Shown here piece by piece: positions 7,455 to 16,496 of a stretch of DNA of 64,000 nucleotides. Positions within the stretch are counted from its first letter, which is position 1; every line of letters begins with the position of its first letter. This DNA is from Ruminococcus sp. Phil11 (GTDB lineage Bacteria; Bacillota; Clostridia; Oscillospirales; Ruminococcaceae). The DNA lies in assembly GCA_001940925.1 (NCBI GenBank), contig MSGZ01000009.1, positions 49,908 through 113,907 on the forward strand. The letters are read 5' to 3'. Below the pieces are notes generated by a model. That model was not told the origin of the DNA. It saw only the letters and a program-made list of their open reading frames with translations, and did not search any database. Made by a program: the position numbers and the translations under genes.

Positions 7455-9248
7455 GTGATCACTGATATGCCAAAAACAATATTCGGAACCACTGAAAAAT
7501 CCAATTTCATCCTGAATATGGATCTGGACAAGTACCGTTCGGCCTGCGGCAAGCTCGCGCTGGTCGTCTTCTGGGCGACGGGGCTTTCGCAGCTGCTGAA
7601 TCACTGGCTGTCGGCTTCGGAGCTGTCGCTCGCGACGACGCTGGAGGGCGGCGGCTTTGCGGGACTGGTCGTGTACTTCCTGCTGCTGCTCAGGAGAGTT
7701 TCGCTGGTCTTTTCGCTGACCGGCGTGTTCAGTCTGTTCGCAGTCTTTGCGGGACTCATGCGCAAGCAGTTTTCCAAAGCGACTGCCGTGCCGTATCTGA
7801 TTTTGCTCGCCTCAATGGTCTGGGCGATGATCTCGCGGCTGTTTTCCTACGATATGAAGGTCTCGCTGTTCGGCTATCCGGGCAGAGAGGAGGGCTGGTT
7901 CGCGCTGCTGATGTATGCCGGCATCTTCTTCCTCGGCACGATGCTCCGGAAGAAGGATGATCTTGAACGCTTTGCGCGCGGGCTGCTGACCTTCGGGATC
8001 GTGCAGTGCGCGGTCGGTATTCTGCAGGCACTGCCGTTCGTTGACTATCTGAATCCGAACAAGGGTCTGAGCCCGTACCGGAATATTGAGCCGCTCCTTT
8101 TCTGGAATGTCCGCGTCCCGACCGGCATGGCAAGCAGCCCGATCACATACGCGATGCTGCTCGGTATGCTCGGTGCCCTTTCGGTTCCGGCTGCACTGTT
8201 CTCTGAAACGAAAAAGACCCGCACGCTTGCAGTGATCTGTGCGGCACTGTCCGTTGTCATGACGCTTCTGACGCATACGATCGCGGGTGTGACGGCGTGC
8301 ATCGGCATCCTGCTGCTGACGGCTGTCCTGTTTGCGGCGAAATCCAAGCAGGTGCAGGGGAAGAAGGCTGCGCTGCCTGCGGCTGCTGCGGCTGCACTGG
8401 TCTGCGGACTGGCATGTGTCGCACTGACGCCTGTACTGAACCATGCGTATTTCCACCCGGATATGGATACGGCAGGCACGAAGGAAAAGGGCCTGACCTT
8501 TGCGGCATGGGAATCCGGCACGGAAAAAGCACAGCTCCCGACCGGTTTTGCGCAGTCCTATTCCAAGGACGACAAAGCGCGGCCTGCGCTCTATGACGGC
8601 GGTCTGGTCTGGGATGACAGCTTCTACCGGCTGGATACCTCGGGACCCTACGCACCGGGTACGGATGTCGGATTTGAGATCTACGATGCCTGCTCCGTCA
8701 TTCGCTACTGCTGGGCGCAGGGCGTCAAGGCGATCAAGATCGACCCGCTGCTCGGCGTCGGTCCGGATAACTTTATCTATACGCAGCTGCACCGGAGCTA
8801 TGCGGTTTCGGCCAATCCGAACTCGGTCGATAACCCGTACAATGAGTATCTCTACATTGCGGCGACCCGCGGTGTGCCGTCCCTGCTGATGCATCTTGCG
8901 CTGATTGTCATCTGCTTTGTGCTGCTGTGGAAGCGCAGAAGCACGATGAAAAGCTGGGTGCGCATTTCTGCGGCCTGTGCGGTGCTGGTCTACTGCGCGG
9001 CGGCTTTCACCGGCATGTCCGTGCTGAGCGTCGCACCGGTGTTCTGGATGCTGCTCGGCATTCTGGCGGCTGACCCGATGCCGGAACCCGTCAAGCCGGT
9101 GAAGGATGAAAATTCTGGTAAGAAGCATAAAGCTTCTGCAACCGAAAAAAAAGAAACATCTGCTGACGAAAAAACGGCTTCTCCTGCGCAGAAGCAGAAG
9201 AATGCGCCGTCCGGCAATCCGGCAAAAAAGTCCAAAAAGAAAAAATGA
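7455..9248 (+). CDS. O-antigen ligase/polymerase (Wzy_C)-family polytopic membrane protein with a Lys-rich tail
   Basis: Many hydrophobic segments. Loop ...NPYNEYLYIAATRGVPSLLMHLALI is typical of the O-antigen ligase family. C-terminal tail is KKHKASATEKKE...AKKSKKKK. Confidence 0.6.
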   Translation: MITDMPKTIFGTTEKSNFILNMDLDKYRSACGKLALVVFWATGLSQLLNHWLSASELSLATTLEGGGFAGLVVYFLLLLRRVSLVFSLTGVFSLFAVFAGLMRKQFSKATAVPYLILLASMVWAMISRLFSYDMKVSLFGYPGREEGWFALLMYAGIFFLGTMLRKKDDLERFARGLLTFGIVQCAVGILQALPFVDYLNPNKGLSPYRNIEPLLFWNVRVPTGMASSPITYAMLLGMLGALSVPAALFSETKKTRTLAVICAALSVVMTLLTHTIAGVTACIGILLLTAVLFAAKSKQVQGKKAALPAAAAAALVCGLACVALTPVLNHAYFHPDMDTAGTKEKGLTFAAWESGTEKAQLPTGFAQSYSKDDKARPALYDGGLVWDDSFYRLDTSGPYAPGTDVGFEIYDACSVIRYCWAQGVKAIKIDPLLGVGPDNFIYTQLHRSYAVSANPNSVDNPYNEYLYIAATRGVPSLLMHLALIVICFVLLWKRRSTMKSWVRISAACAVLVYCAAAFTGMSVLSVAPVFWMLLGILAADPMPEPVKPVKDENSGKKHKASATEKKETSADEKTASPAQKQKNAPSGNPAKKSKKKK

Positions 9249-9253
9249 TTGAA

Positions 9254-9288
9254 AGCTGCAGGCTGTAACGGTCTGCAGCTTTTGCTTT
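9254..9288 (+). terminator. Intrinsic terminator after the Wzy-like gene
   Basis: AGCTGCAG-loop-CTGCAGCT hairpin followed by TTTGCTTTG. Confidence 0.6.
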
Positions 9289-9339
9289 GCTGCGGCATAA
9301 TATTCATAAAATCTTCATGCGGTCAGCCTGGCATTTTTC

Positions 9340-9368
9340 TTGACACGGCTATTTTTACATGCTATAAT
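9340..9368 (+). promoter_or_regulatory. Promoter at the left edge of the low-GC island
   Basis: TTGACA 9340-9345, 17-nt spacer, TGCTATAAT with TATAAT at 9363-9368. Confidence 0.65.
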
Positions 9369-9533
9369 AACCGCAGAGAGAATCTGAAAAAAGGAGGTTT
9401 CAACGGCTTTTCAGGGCAGCAGCCGCGGAGCTGCGAAATCTGAATCGGTTTATCATAATCAATACCCCAATACATTTAATCAATGAACGGAAAAGAACTA
9501 TAAAAATCAATCAGAAAAATCGGAGCAAGCCTT

Positions 9534-9896
9534 TTGGCAATCGGAGTTACGGCAGCAGGGGTGAGCAGCATTCCGGCGAGTGCGGCCAGCTATTATAAGG
9601 ATAAGTGTTTCATGGTCCATACGGCACCTGCACATGGTTATGTTTACTATACTCCGAACTCATCCTATAAGTCTGTTACGCGTTGTGCGTCTACTCATGT
9701 GTATAATAGAAATGTTACCGCTGGGATTTTTTCAAATGGAATAAACCTTGGAATCAAGAATGGATATAGCTATGATAAGGATGCGGTTGCATACATATAT
9801 TGTTATCCGGGGGCGAATGTCACTTCATACAGCAATGGGTTCTGGGCATATTATAATAATATTATGGGAAACGGTACGCTCGTCATTAACTTTTAA
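9534..9896 (+). CDS. Small Tyr/Asn/Gly-rich secreted-type protein with 3 Cys; N-terminus possibly disrupted (see findings)
   Basis: TTG 9534 is preceded by GGAG at 9522-9525. The same frame upstream reads ATG(9483) MNGKEL-TAA(9501)-KSIRKIGASLLAIGVTAAGVSSIPASA|AS. That is a complete Sec signal peptide interrupted by one stop codon. Confidence 0.5.
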   Translation: MAIGVTAAGVSSIPASAASYYKDKCFMVHTAPAHGYVYYTPNSSYKSVTRCASTHVYNRNVTAGIFSNGINLGIKNGYSYDKDAVAYIYCYPGANVTSYSNGFWAYYNNIMGNGTLVINF

Positions 9897-10013
9897 GACG
9901 GATTATTCGTCAGAGTGACAGAAACACTTTAAAATATTTGGATATTGATGGTGGACGGAAATATGAATGAAATTCATCATCAATATCCATTTATTACGAT
10001 GGAGAATAAAATA

Positions 10014-11204
10014 ATGACTCTTTTTTTTAAAACAATCTGTGTAAGTGGCGCAGTTCTCTGGTCAACGGTATTGCAAGGCTGTATTGCTCAGAAAACTGAA
10101 GAACCCTTGATTACGAATGACAATGAAGCGGTTTGGAGCGATTCGTATACAAACTCGTATCATAACAGTTCGGCCAAAAACTTTTTCTGTTATAAATCCT
10201 TGGAGGGCGAAAAAGGTGAAACTTCTGTTCTGGATTACGAGAGCATGAATAGTATTTCTCTGTGCAATAAGCCTAATTGCAAGCATAAAGACAAAGGATG
10301 CATCGTGAAACGGTTGGACGGAAATGTCCCAGTGTTTGCTGAAAACTGTGCATATTATTTCGTGGATGAAGAGCCTCAAATCCTGGAAAATGAAGAAGGA
10401 AAATATGATTTAAAGCTTAGTTCAAATCTTTATTGTTATGATTTGGGCACTAATATAGAGAAGAAATTGCTTCATGTCGATGCTTCCGTATCCGAAAGTT
10501 GTTATGGGTTGCTGTTGCATGATAATATCCTATATTATGTTGAAAATCAGTACAGTCGCAGTTATGATGACGCAGGTAATATAATCACTTCAGGTAATAC
10601 CGGTGGAAAAATGTCGCTGCATTCGGTACGTCTGTCTGATATGCAGCGAAATGATTTGAGCGAACTGTATGATTGTGAAAAGATAAATGAGTTTTATCCA
10701 CTTGCAAAGGATTCCGGTGAAGTCTACATGATGGGCTTGCATGATAATAAGATCTATTTTAATGTCGGTTTTGTAACGCAAGGTAAGGGCTCCGATCCGC
10801 CGACTTACCGTTTCTATGTCACATATTATGATCTGACAGACGGAACCTATCACGGAACGCCGGAGGATTATGAACATATAGACTTTGCTGGTGTAACGTA
10901 TTGTTCGGATGACTATCTTGTAATATGCAGCACGGGACAGGCTTCAGTTTGGAAAAAAGGTGTTCAGACACCGGTTGTTCTGGATGACGAACGGTTTGAC
11001 TATAATTATCAACTCATGTCAGTGTTTGACGACACGGTTTTCTGCTTTGGAAGTGCCTTTGATCTGAATACAAAAGAAGAACGAAAAATCGCTGATTTAG
11101 CCGGAAAATCTGTCGTTGCAAGATACGGCGACAGCTATATTATTTCAGATATCGGTATGCAGAGCGACTTTGAAAAAATCCCCGCAGAGAAACTGCTGAA
11201 TTAA
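10014..11204 (+). CDS. Putative lipoprotein of unknown function (beta-rich, repeated aromatic YY motifs)
   Basis: RBS GGAGA 10001-10005, ATG 10014. Signal peptide MTLFFKTICVSGAVLWSTVLQG|C has a lipobox. The gene is AT-rich. Confidence 0.6.
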   Translation: MTLFFKTICVSGAVLWSTVLQGCIAQKTEEPLITNDNEAVWSDSYTNSYHNSSAKNFFCYKSLEGEKGETSVLDYESMNSISLCNKPNCKHKDKGCIVKRLDGNVPVFAENCAYYFVDEEPQILENEEGKYDLKLSSNLYCYDLGTNIEKKLLHVDASVSESCYGLLLHDNILYYVENQYSRSYDDAGNIITSGNTGGKMSLHSVRLSDMQRNDLSELYDCEKINEFYPLAKDSGEVYMMGLHDNKIYFNVGFVTQGKGSDPPTYRFYVTYYDLTDGTYHGTPEDYEHIDFAGVTYCSDDYLVICSTGQASVWKKGVQTPVVLDDERFDYNYQLMSVFDDTVFCFGSAFDLNTKEERKIADLAGKSVVARYGDSYIISDIGMQSDFEKIPAEKLLN

Positions 11205-11216
11205 ACGGAGAAAACC

Positions 11217-11966
11217 ATGAATCAGCTTGAACTGGTGAAACTGAATAAGCATTACGGCAAAAAGCACGTACTCATTGATTTTTCATTCACCTTCACGGAC
11301 GGCGTTTACGGCCTGCTCGGCCCGAACGGCGCGGGCAAGTCTACCATGATGCACCTGATCACGGACAATCTGCTCCCCGACAAAGACGGCGGCTGTGTCC
11401 GCTGGAACGGCAGACCGATCGCGGAGCTCGGAAAGGATTACCGCAGGCAGCTCGGCTTTATGCCGCAGCAGCAGGAGCTCTACGGCAACATGACCGCGTG
11501 GGACTTCCTCGGCTACATTTCCGCGCTGAAATGCATCCCGCGGAAGGAGGCTGCGCAGCAAATCCGGCGTGCGCTGGAACAGGTGGAACTTTCCGATGCC
11601 GCGGACCGGCAGATCGGCGGCTTTTCCGGCGGCATGAAGCAGCGCGTGCTGATCGCGGCTGCCATGCTCGGAGACCCCGCACTCATCATCATGGATGAGC
11701 CGACCGCCGGCCTTGACCCGAAGCAGCGCGTCATGATCCGCCGCCTGACACAGCAGCTCGCGGAAAACAAGATCATCATTATCTCCACGCATATCGTTTC
11801 GGATATCGAGAGCATTGCAAAGGAGATCGTGCTGATCAGAGACGGTAAGCTGCTGACGCACGGCACCGTGCCGGAGCTCGTGCAGCAGGTCACGGACGGC
11901 GAACAGACGCTCGAAAATCTGTATATGCAGTATTACGGAGGCGGCCATGCGGATACTTCGCTATGA
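11217..11966 (+). CDS. ABC transporter ATP-binding protein
   Basis: Walker A GPNGAGKST, signature FSGGMKQR, Walker B LIIMDEPTAGLD. Confidence 0.9.
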   Translation: MNQLELVKLNKHYGKKHVLIDFSFTFTDGVYGLLGPNGAGKSTMMHLITDNLLPDKDGGCVRWNGRPIAELGKDYRRQLGFMPQQQELYGNMTAWDFLGYISALKCIPRKEAAQQIRRALEQVELSDAADRQIGGFSGGMKQRVLIAAAMLGDPALIIMDEPTAGLDPKQRVMIRRLTQQLAENKIIIISTHIVSDIESIAKEIVLIRDGKLLTHGTVPELVQQVTDGEQTLENLYMQYYGGGHADTSL

Positions 11967-14067
11967 ATGGAAGAAGCTGTGCGGCTTCCGGCTTCTCTGG
12001 ATTCTGCTGCTGGTGCTGCTGTGCATCAACGGCTATGTGCAGATTTCCGCTGCCAATGAGAGAGGTTATACCCCGAAGGAATACCGCAGTGCGCTGCATT
12101 ATGTGCAGAAGCTGAAGCCGGAGCGCAGAATGCCGTATCTGGAAAAGCAGATGAATGCGCCCTTTGCGGGCGAACGCGGCGTTTATGAATATATGGTGTA
12201 TGCGGAGCTGCAGGACAGCGTCAGCCGGGTGACGGGCTATCCCGATTATCTCGAAGGCATTGAGACGCAGGCGGAAAACACGGTCGGGCTTTCGATCTGG
12301 GGCGGGACGGATACCTTTTCCTACCGCAACATCCAAAAGACGCCGCCTGCATACAGCTGCATGAAAAACGTCACGCTGCGCCTGGACGCCGAGCCCGGCA
12401 TTGAGGATGCGCTGCAGCATCCGGTGACGGATTTTCTCTGCATCTTTCTGCTGTTCCTGACGGTCAGCTGGATCATGCTGAAAGACCGCGAGCAGGGCAT
12501 GACGCCGCTGCTTTATTCCATGCCGGACGGCCGCGGTGCGCTGATCGCGAATAAGCTGCTGCTGATTACGTTCTGTACGGCGGGGATTTTTCTGCTGCTG
12601 TACGGCGAAAATCTGCTGATCGGCGCGAAAATGTACGGGCTCGGTGATCTGTCGCGCCCGATTCAGAGCGTCGGCAGCTTTTACGAATGCAATCTGCCGG
12701 TTTCCGCCGGAACCTATCTGGTACTGTTCTCCGCGGCGAAATTTTCGGCGTATCTGGTGTTCAGTGCGGTCTTTGCTGCGATCTGCGCGGCTGCGAAGAA
12801 TAATCTGACGGTCTATGCGGTTTCCGGCGGCTTCTGCGGGGGCAGCTTTCTGCTGTACCGTTTTATTCCGGCACTCTCCGGCTGGAGCATCCTGCATAGC
12901 CTGAATCCGGTGCAGCTTGTGCGTGTCAATGAGATTTTCGGCACCTACCGGAACATCAATCTGTTCGGTTATCCGTTCTCGCTCAAAATTTCTGCGCTGA
13001 TCGCGGCCGGTGTGTTCCTGACTACGGCTGTCTGTACGGCGTCGGTGATCTTTATCCGGCGTAGAAATCATCAATACCGCAATGTTTCATTCCGCTTCCT
13101 GAAGCGGAAGCAGCGCGTACATGGGCAGATGTACTATGTCTGCTTCCGGTCGCTGGTTCTGCAAAAAGGCATCGTTCCGGTGATCGCTGTGATCTTTGCG
13201 GCGGCGGTGTTTTCCTCAAGTTTTATCAGAAGCATGAACAGCGAGGAGATCTACTACGAGAAATTCACGACGGAGCAGGCCGGTGCGGTCACGGACGAGA
13301 CTTTTCGGTTTATCATCGAAAAGCAGGTCGAATACACAAAGCTGGAACAGCAGATCCGGTCGCTTGAGCAGTCCGGGAATGCAAACGCTTTCCAGATCGG
13401 ACAGCTCTGGGAGAAAATGAACGACCGCAGTGCGTTTGAGCGGTTTCGCGCACGGTATAATGCGATCCGGAAAAGCAAGGCGGCCGGACAGATGTTCTAC
13501 GATTCCGGCTATGCAAGGCTGTTCGGACTGGACGGCAACAATGATGATCTGATCATCAATCTCTGCATACTGGTCTTTCTCTGTCTGCTGCTGTCGCCGT
13601 TTGCTTCACAGGACAGAAAGACGGAAATGGTGAAGATCCTCTATGCGACGGCCGCCGGAAAGCGCGGCTACCGGAAAAAGCTGCTGATCTACAGCGCGGT
13701 CTGCGGCATTGCCGTGAGCCTGAGCTTCCATGTTCCGTATATCCTGCATATCCTGCAGAAATACGGAACGCAGGGGCTTTCCGCGCCGCTGCAGAGCATG
13801 ACGGAATTCTCACAGAGCAGCCCTGTCCGTTCGGTCGGCACCGAAATTGCCGTGCTGTTCCTTGTGCGGACCGTCAGTGCGGCTGTGACCGCCATGCTGA
13901 TCAGTCTGCTGTCAGGCTGCTGCAAAAGTCAGGTCACAGCATATATCGCCAATATCAGCGTGTTCGTCCTGCCGGCGGCACTCGCGCTGCTCGGCGTTTC
14001 CGCAATGCGGTATGTCGGGGTCAACCCGTTTTTGAGTTTTAACGCGCTTGCCGAACTCTGGCGGTAA
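11947..14067 (+). CDS. Internally duplicated ABC-2-type permease (about 12 TM, two large extracytoplasmic loops)
   Basis: RBS GGAGG before ATG 11947, which overlaps the ATPase gene. There are two blocks, each a TM plus a ~120-130 aa loop plus about 5 TM segments. Confidence 0.65.
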   Translation: MRILRYEWKKLCGFRLLWILLLVLLCINGYVQISAANERGYTPKEYRSALHYVQKLKPERRMPYLEKQMNAPFAGERGVYEYMVYAELQDSVSRVTGYPDYLEGIETQAENTVGLSIWGGTDTFSYRNIQKTPPAYSCMKNVTLRLDAEPGIEDALQHPVTDFLCIFLLFLTVSWIMLKDREQGMTPLLYSMPDGRGALIANKLLLITFCTAGIFLLLYGENLLIGAKMYGLGDLSRPIQSVGSFYECNLPVSAGTYLVLFSAAKFSAYLVFSAVFAAICAAAKNNLTVYAVSGGFCGGSFLLYRFIPALSGWSILHSLNPVQLVRVNEIFGTYRNINLFGYPFSLKISALIAAGVFLTTAVCTASVIFIRRRNHQYRNVSFRFLKRKQRVHGQMYYVCFRSLVLQKGIVPVIAVIFAAAVFSSSFIRSMNSEEIYYEKFTTEQAGAVTDETFRFIIEKQVEYTKLEQQIRSLEQSGNANAFQIGQLWEKMNDRSAFERFRARYNAIRKSKAAGQMFYDSGYARLFGLDGNNDDLIINLCILVFLCLLLSPFASQDRKTEMVKILYATAAGKRGYRKKLLIYSAVCGIAVSLSFHVPYILHILQKYGTQGLSAPLQSMTEFSQSSPVRSVGTEIAVLFLVRTVSAAVTAMLISLLSGCCKSQVTAYIANISVFVLPAALALLGVSAMRYVGVNPFLSFNALAELWR

Positions 14068-14097
14068 AACGCTGCCGTAGTATCCATACTGAAGATG

Positions 14098-14129
14098 ACG
14101 CTCCCGGTTCTGACCGGGGGCGTTTTTTG
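14098..14129 (+). terminator. Intrinsic terminator after the ABC permease
   Basis: ACGCTCCCGGT-TCTG-ACCGGGGGCGT followed by TTTTTT. Confidence 0.75.
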
Positions 14130-14166
14130 CGCAGATGCGGCCCGCTGACTTTTTTTCATTCACCCA

Positions 14167-14195
14167 TTGAAATTTTTTGTATCATGTGGTATAAT
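14167..14195 (+). promoter_or_regulatory. Promoter of ruvC-ruvA
   Basis: TTGAAA 14167-14172, 17-nt spacer, TATAAT 14190-14195. Confidence 0.6.
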
Positions 14196-14209
14196 AGAAT
14201 AGACGAAAT

Positions 14210-14704
14210 ATGGGGGTGATCGGATTGCGGATTCTCGGGATTGATCCGGGCTATGCAACAGTCGGCTTCGGCATTGTGGATTATCAGGGCATGGACTTCC
14301 GGACAGTCGAATACGGCGCGATCCTGACACCGGCACATACGGACTTCGGCGGGCGGCTTGCACAGATCTTTGAGGATATGAATTATGTCCTTGCGCATCA
14401 TACACCGCAGGCACTCGCGATCGAAAAGCTCTACTTCAATACAAACAAGACGACCGGTATTCTGGTCGCGGAGGCGCGCGGTGTGATTCTGCTCGCAGCC
14501 GCACAGCACGGTGTACCGGTATTTGAATATACGCCGCTGCAGGTGAAATCTGCGGTTGTCGGATACGGCAAGGCGGAGAAGCTGCAGGTCATGGATATGA
14601 CGCGCAGGATTCTGCACCTCAGTCAGATTCCGAAGCCCGACGACGCGGCGGACGCGCTTGCACTGGCGATCTGTCACGGACACTGCGCAAAGCCGGATTA
14701 TTAA
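14210..14704 (+). CDS. ruvC: Crossover junction endodeoxyribonuclease RuvC
   Basis: LRILGIDPGYATVGFGIV...AIEKLYFN...DAADALALAICH. The start could be ATG 14210 or TTG 14225. Confidence 0.9.
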   Translation: MGVIGLRILGIDPGYATVGFGIVDYQGMDFRTVEYGAILTPAHTDFGGRLAQIFEDMNYVLAHHTPQALAIEKLYFNTNKTTGILVAEARGVILLAAAQHGVPVFEYTPLQVKSAVVGYGKAEKLQVMDMTRRILHLSQIPKPDDAADALALAICHGHCAKPDY

Positions 14705-14723
14705 CCGGAACGGAGGGATTTGC

Positions 14724-15329
14724 TTGATCGACCATATCCGCGGGGTGATCTGCCATAAGGAGCCGAACCTCGTCGTGATCGAATGCGGGGGCGTCGGCTA
14801 TGCCTGCCGCACCAGCACCCAGACCGCTGTTGCGGCCGGTGCCGTGGAGCACGAAGCGGTGCTCTATACCAGACTGACCGTCCGGGAGGATGAGGTCGCG
14901 CTGTACGGCTTTTCCACCAGAAGCGAACGGAGCTGCTTTGATCAGCTGACCGGCGTTTCCGGCGTCGGGCCGAAGGCGGCACTCGCGATCCTCTCTGATT
15001 TTACGCCCGACCGCTTTGCACTTGCGGTCGCTGCGGGCGACTATAAAACATTCACGAAAACCAAGGGCATCGGGACAAAGACCGCCCAGCGCATCGTGCT
15101 GGAGCTCAAGGACAAGGTCGCGAAATCCGCGGAGGCTGCGGGTCTGCCGGAGATCCCGGTCATGAACCCGGACAGCGGAAATGTCGCAGAGGCGATGTCC
15201 GCTCTGCAGGTGCTTGGCTATTCACAGGGCGAGGCTGCCGGGGTACTGGCTTCGCTCGATGCATCTTTGCCGTCCTCGGAGCTGATACGGCTCTCTCTGA
15301 GGCAGCTCGGCAAAAATAAGCTCGGCTGA
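14724..15329 (+). CDS. ruvA: Holliday junction branch migration protein RuvA
   Basis: RBS GGAGGG then TTG 14724. (M)IDHIRGVICHKEPNLVVIECGGVGYACRTS...GVSGVGPKAALAILS...IGTKTAQRIVLELKDK. Confidence 0.9.
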   Translation: MIDHIRGVICHKEPNLVVIECGGVGYACRTSTQTAVAAGAVEHEAVLYTRLTVREDEVALYGFSTRSERSCFDQLTGVSGVGPKAALAILSDFTPDRFALAVAAGDYKTFTKTKGIGTKTAQRIVLELKDKVAKSAEAAGLPEIPVMNPDSGNVAEAMSALQVLGYSQGEAAGVLASLDASLPSSELIRLSLRQLGKNKLG

Positions 15330-15387
15330 AACAGCGGAGCGATTGTGCGGCGGCTGTGCCGTCTGCACGGAAAAGAGGAGGTTCAGA

Positions 15388-16452
15388 ATGAAACGGAAAC
15401 TGATTTTTGCTGCGGCATTGCTCGTGCTCTGTACGCCGATGCTGACCGCATGTGCCGGCAGGAATAAGCCGGAGGGTTCTTCCGGTTCGGGTTCTGTCAG
15501 TGCGGAGAACGAGCAGTCCGGTTCCGCAAAGGATCCGGCTGCGGGCGTCAATGTCAAGGAGGACCCGGCGGATCTCAAGGAAGCGCAAAAGACACTCGAA
15601 AAATTCTTTGACGCTTGCAAGCGGCACAGAAACGATGCGGTCATCGGCTTTTCCAATGTCGAGCGCATCCCGGAATTTTCCGCGGTCGCCGGTGTGACGC
15701 TTACCGATGAGGAATCACAGAACGCGATCCAGTCCGCAATTGATACATACAGCAATCTCGATGACTACAAGATCGAGACGGGCTCGCTCAACAAGGCCGC
15801 GATCGGCACGTATGCGAACTATCTCGCAGAGGCGAAGGAGATCGGCGGATTTCTCCGCGAAAACGGCGACGGTGCCATTGCCGATGCGGCCGACAAGCTG
15901 TTTACCCCGATCGAAAAGATCTATTCCTTCCCGGTCACCGTGACCAGATATGACGCAAGCAATTCCGACAAGATGTATGTCATTCAGACGGCCGAGGGCG
16001 AATGGCGTGTTGACCTCGGCCTGCTGCAGGCGATGGTCGATTATATGAGCGTCTCCAAGGTCAAGAACGCCAACGGCGAGGCGAAGCGCGCGGCGGAGGC
16101 CGTTAAGTCTGCGGCTTCCGGCAATAAGGAGCTGAACGGCGAGTATCATTTCGACGGCGATCAGCTCGTTTCCGCCGACGGCAAGACTGAGCTTTCCGCT
16201 GCTGCACAGCAGTTCGCGGAGAAGCTGAAGTCGGCTTACGATTTCGGCAGCGACCGCAAGACCGCACACCTGTATCTCCGCTTTGAAAAGGGAGAGCTGA
16301 AGGCTGCTGCCGTCCAGAAGGATTTTCAGGAGATCCCTTACTACGGCACATGGCCGGAGGCAGTCGAGGAACACTATATGTACTACTTTGCCAGCATTGA
16401 CGACGCAATGCTCTATGCGGCAGGCGAATACGAAAACGCCGCACCGTTCTGA
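15388..16452 (+). CDS. Lipoprotein, unknown function
   Basis: RBS AGGAGG then ATG 15388. MKRKLIFAAALLVLCTPMLTA|C lipobox, followed by a Ser/Gly-rich linker. Confidence 0.6.
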   Translation: MKRKLIFAAALLVLCTPMLTACAGRNKPEGSSGSGSVSAENEQSGSAKDPAAGVNVKEDPADLKEAQKTLEKFFDACKRHRNDAVIGFSNVERIPEFSAVAGVTLTDEESQNAIQSAIDTYSNLDDYKIETGSLNKAAIGTYANYLAEAKEIGGFLRENGDGAIADAADKLFTPIEKIYSFPVTVTRYDASNSDKMYVIQTAEGEWRVDLGLLQAMVDYMSVSKVKNANGEAKRAAEAVKSAASGNKELNGEYHFDGDQLVSADGKTELSAAAQQFAEKLKSAYDFGSDRKTAHLYLRFEKGELKAAAVQKDFQEIPYYGTWPEAVEEHYMYYFASIDDAMLYAAGEYENAAPF

Positions 16453-16496
16453 GAAACGGGCATTCTCAACAGCGCAGAGAAAAGGAGGATTGTTCC

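Larger units (their letters stand above)
9300..11210. other. Low-GC insertion (compositional island)
   Basis: My own counts on single 60-nt lines give 24/60 G+C at 10021-10080 and 16/60 at 10381-10440. The line just downstream, 11281-11340, gives 38/60. Confidence 0.7.

Noticed and set aside
9376-9443. Strong SD-like AAGGAGG at 9390-9396 downstream of the island promoter, considered as the start of a missed small ORF.
   Set aside because: No ATG/GTG/TTG lies within 4-12 nt downstream. The open frame through it (track ORF 9249..9443) begins inside the upstream terminator and has no plausible start after the SD.
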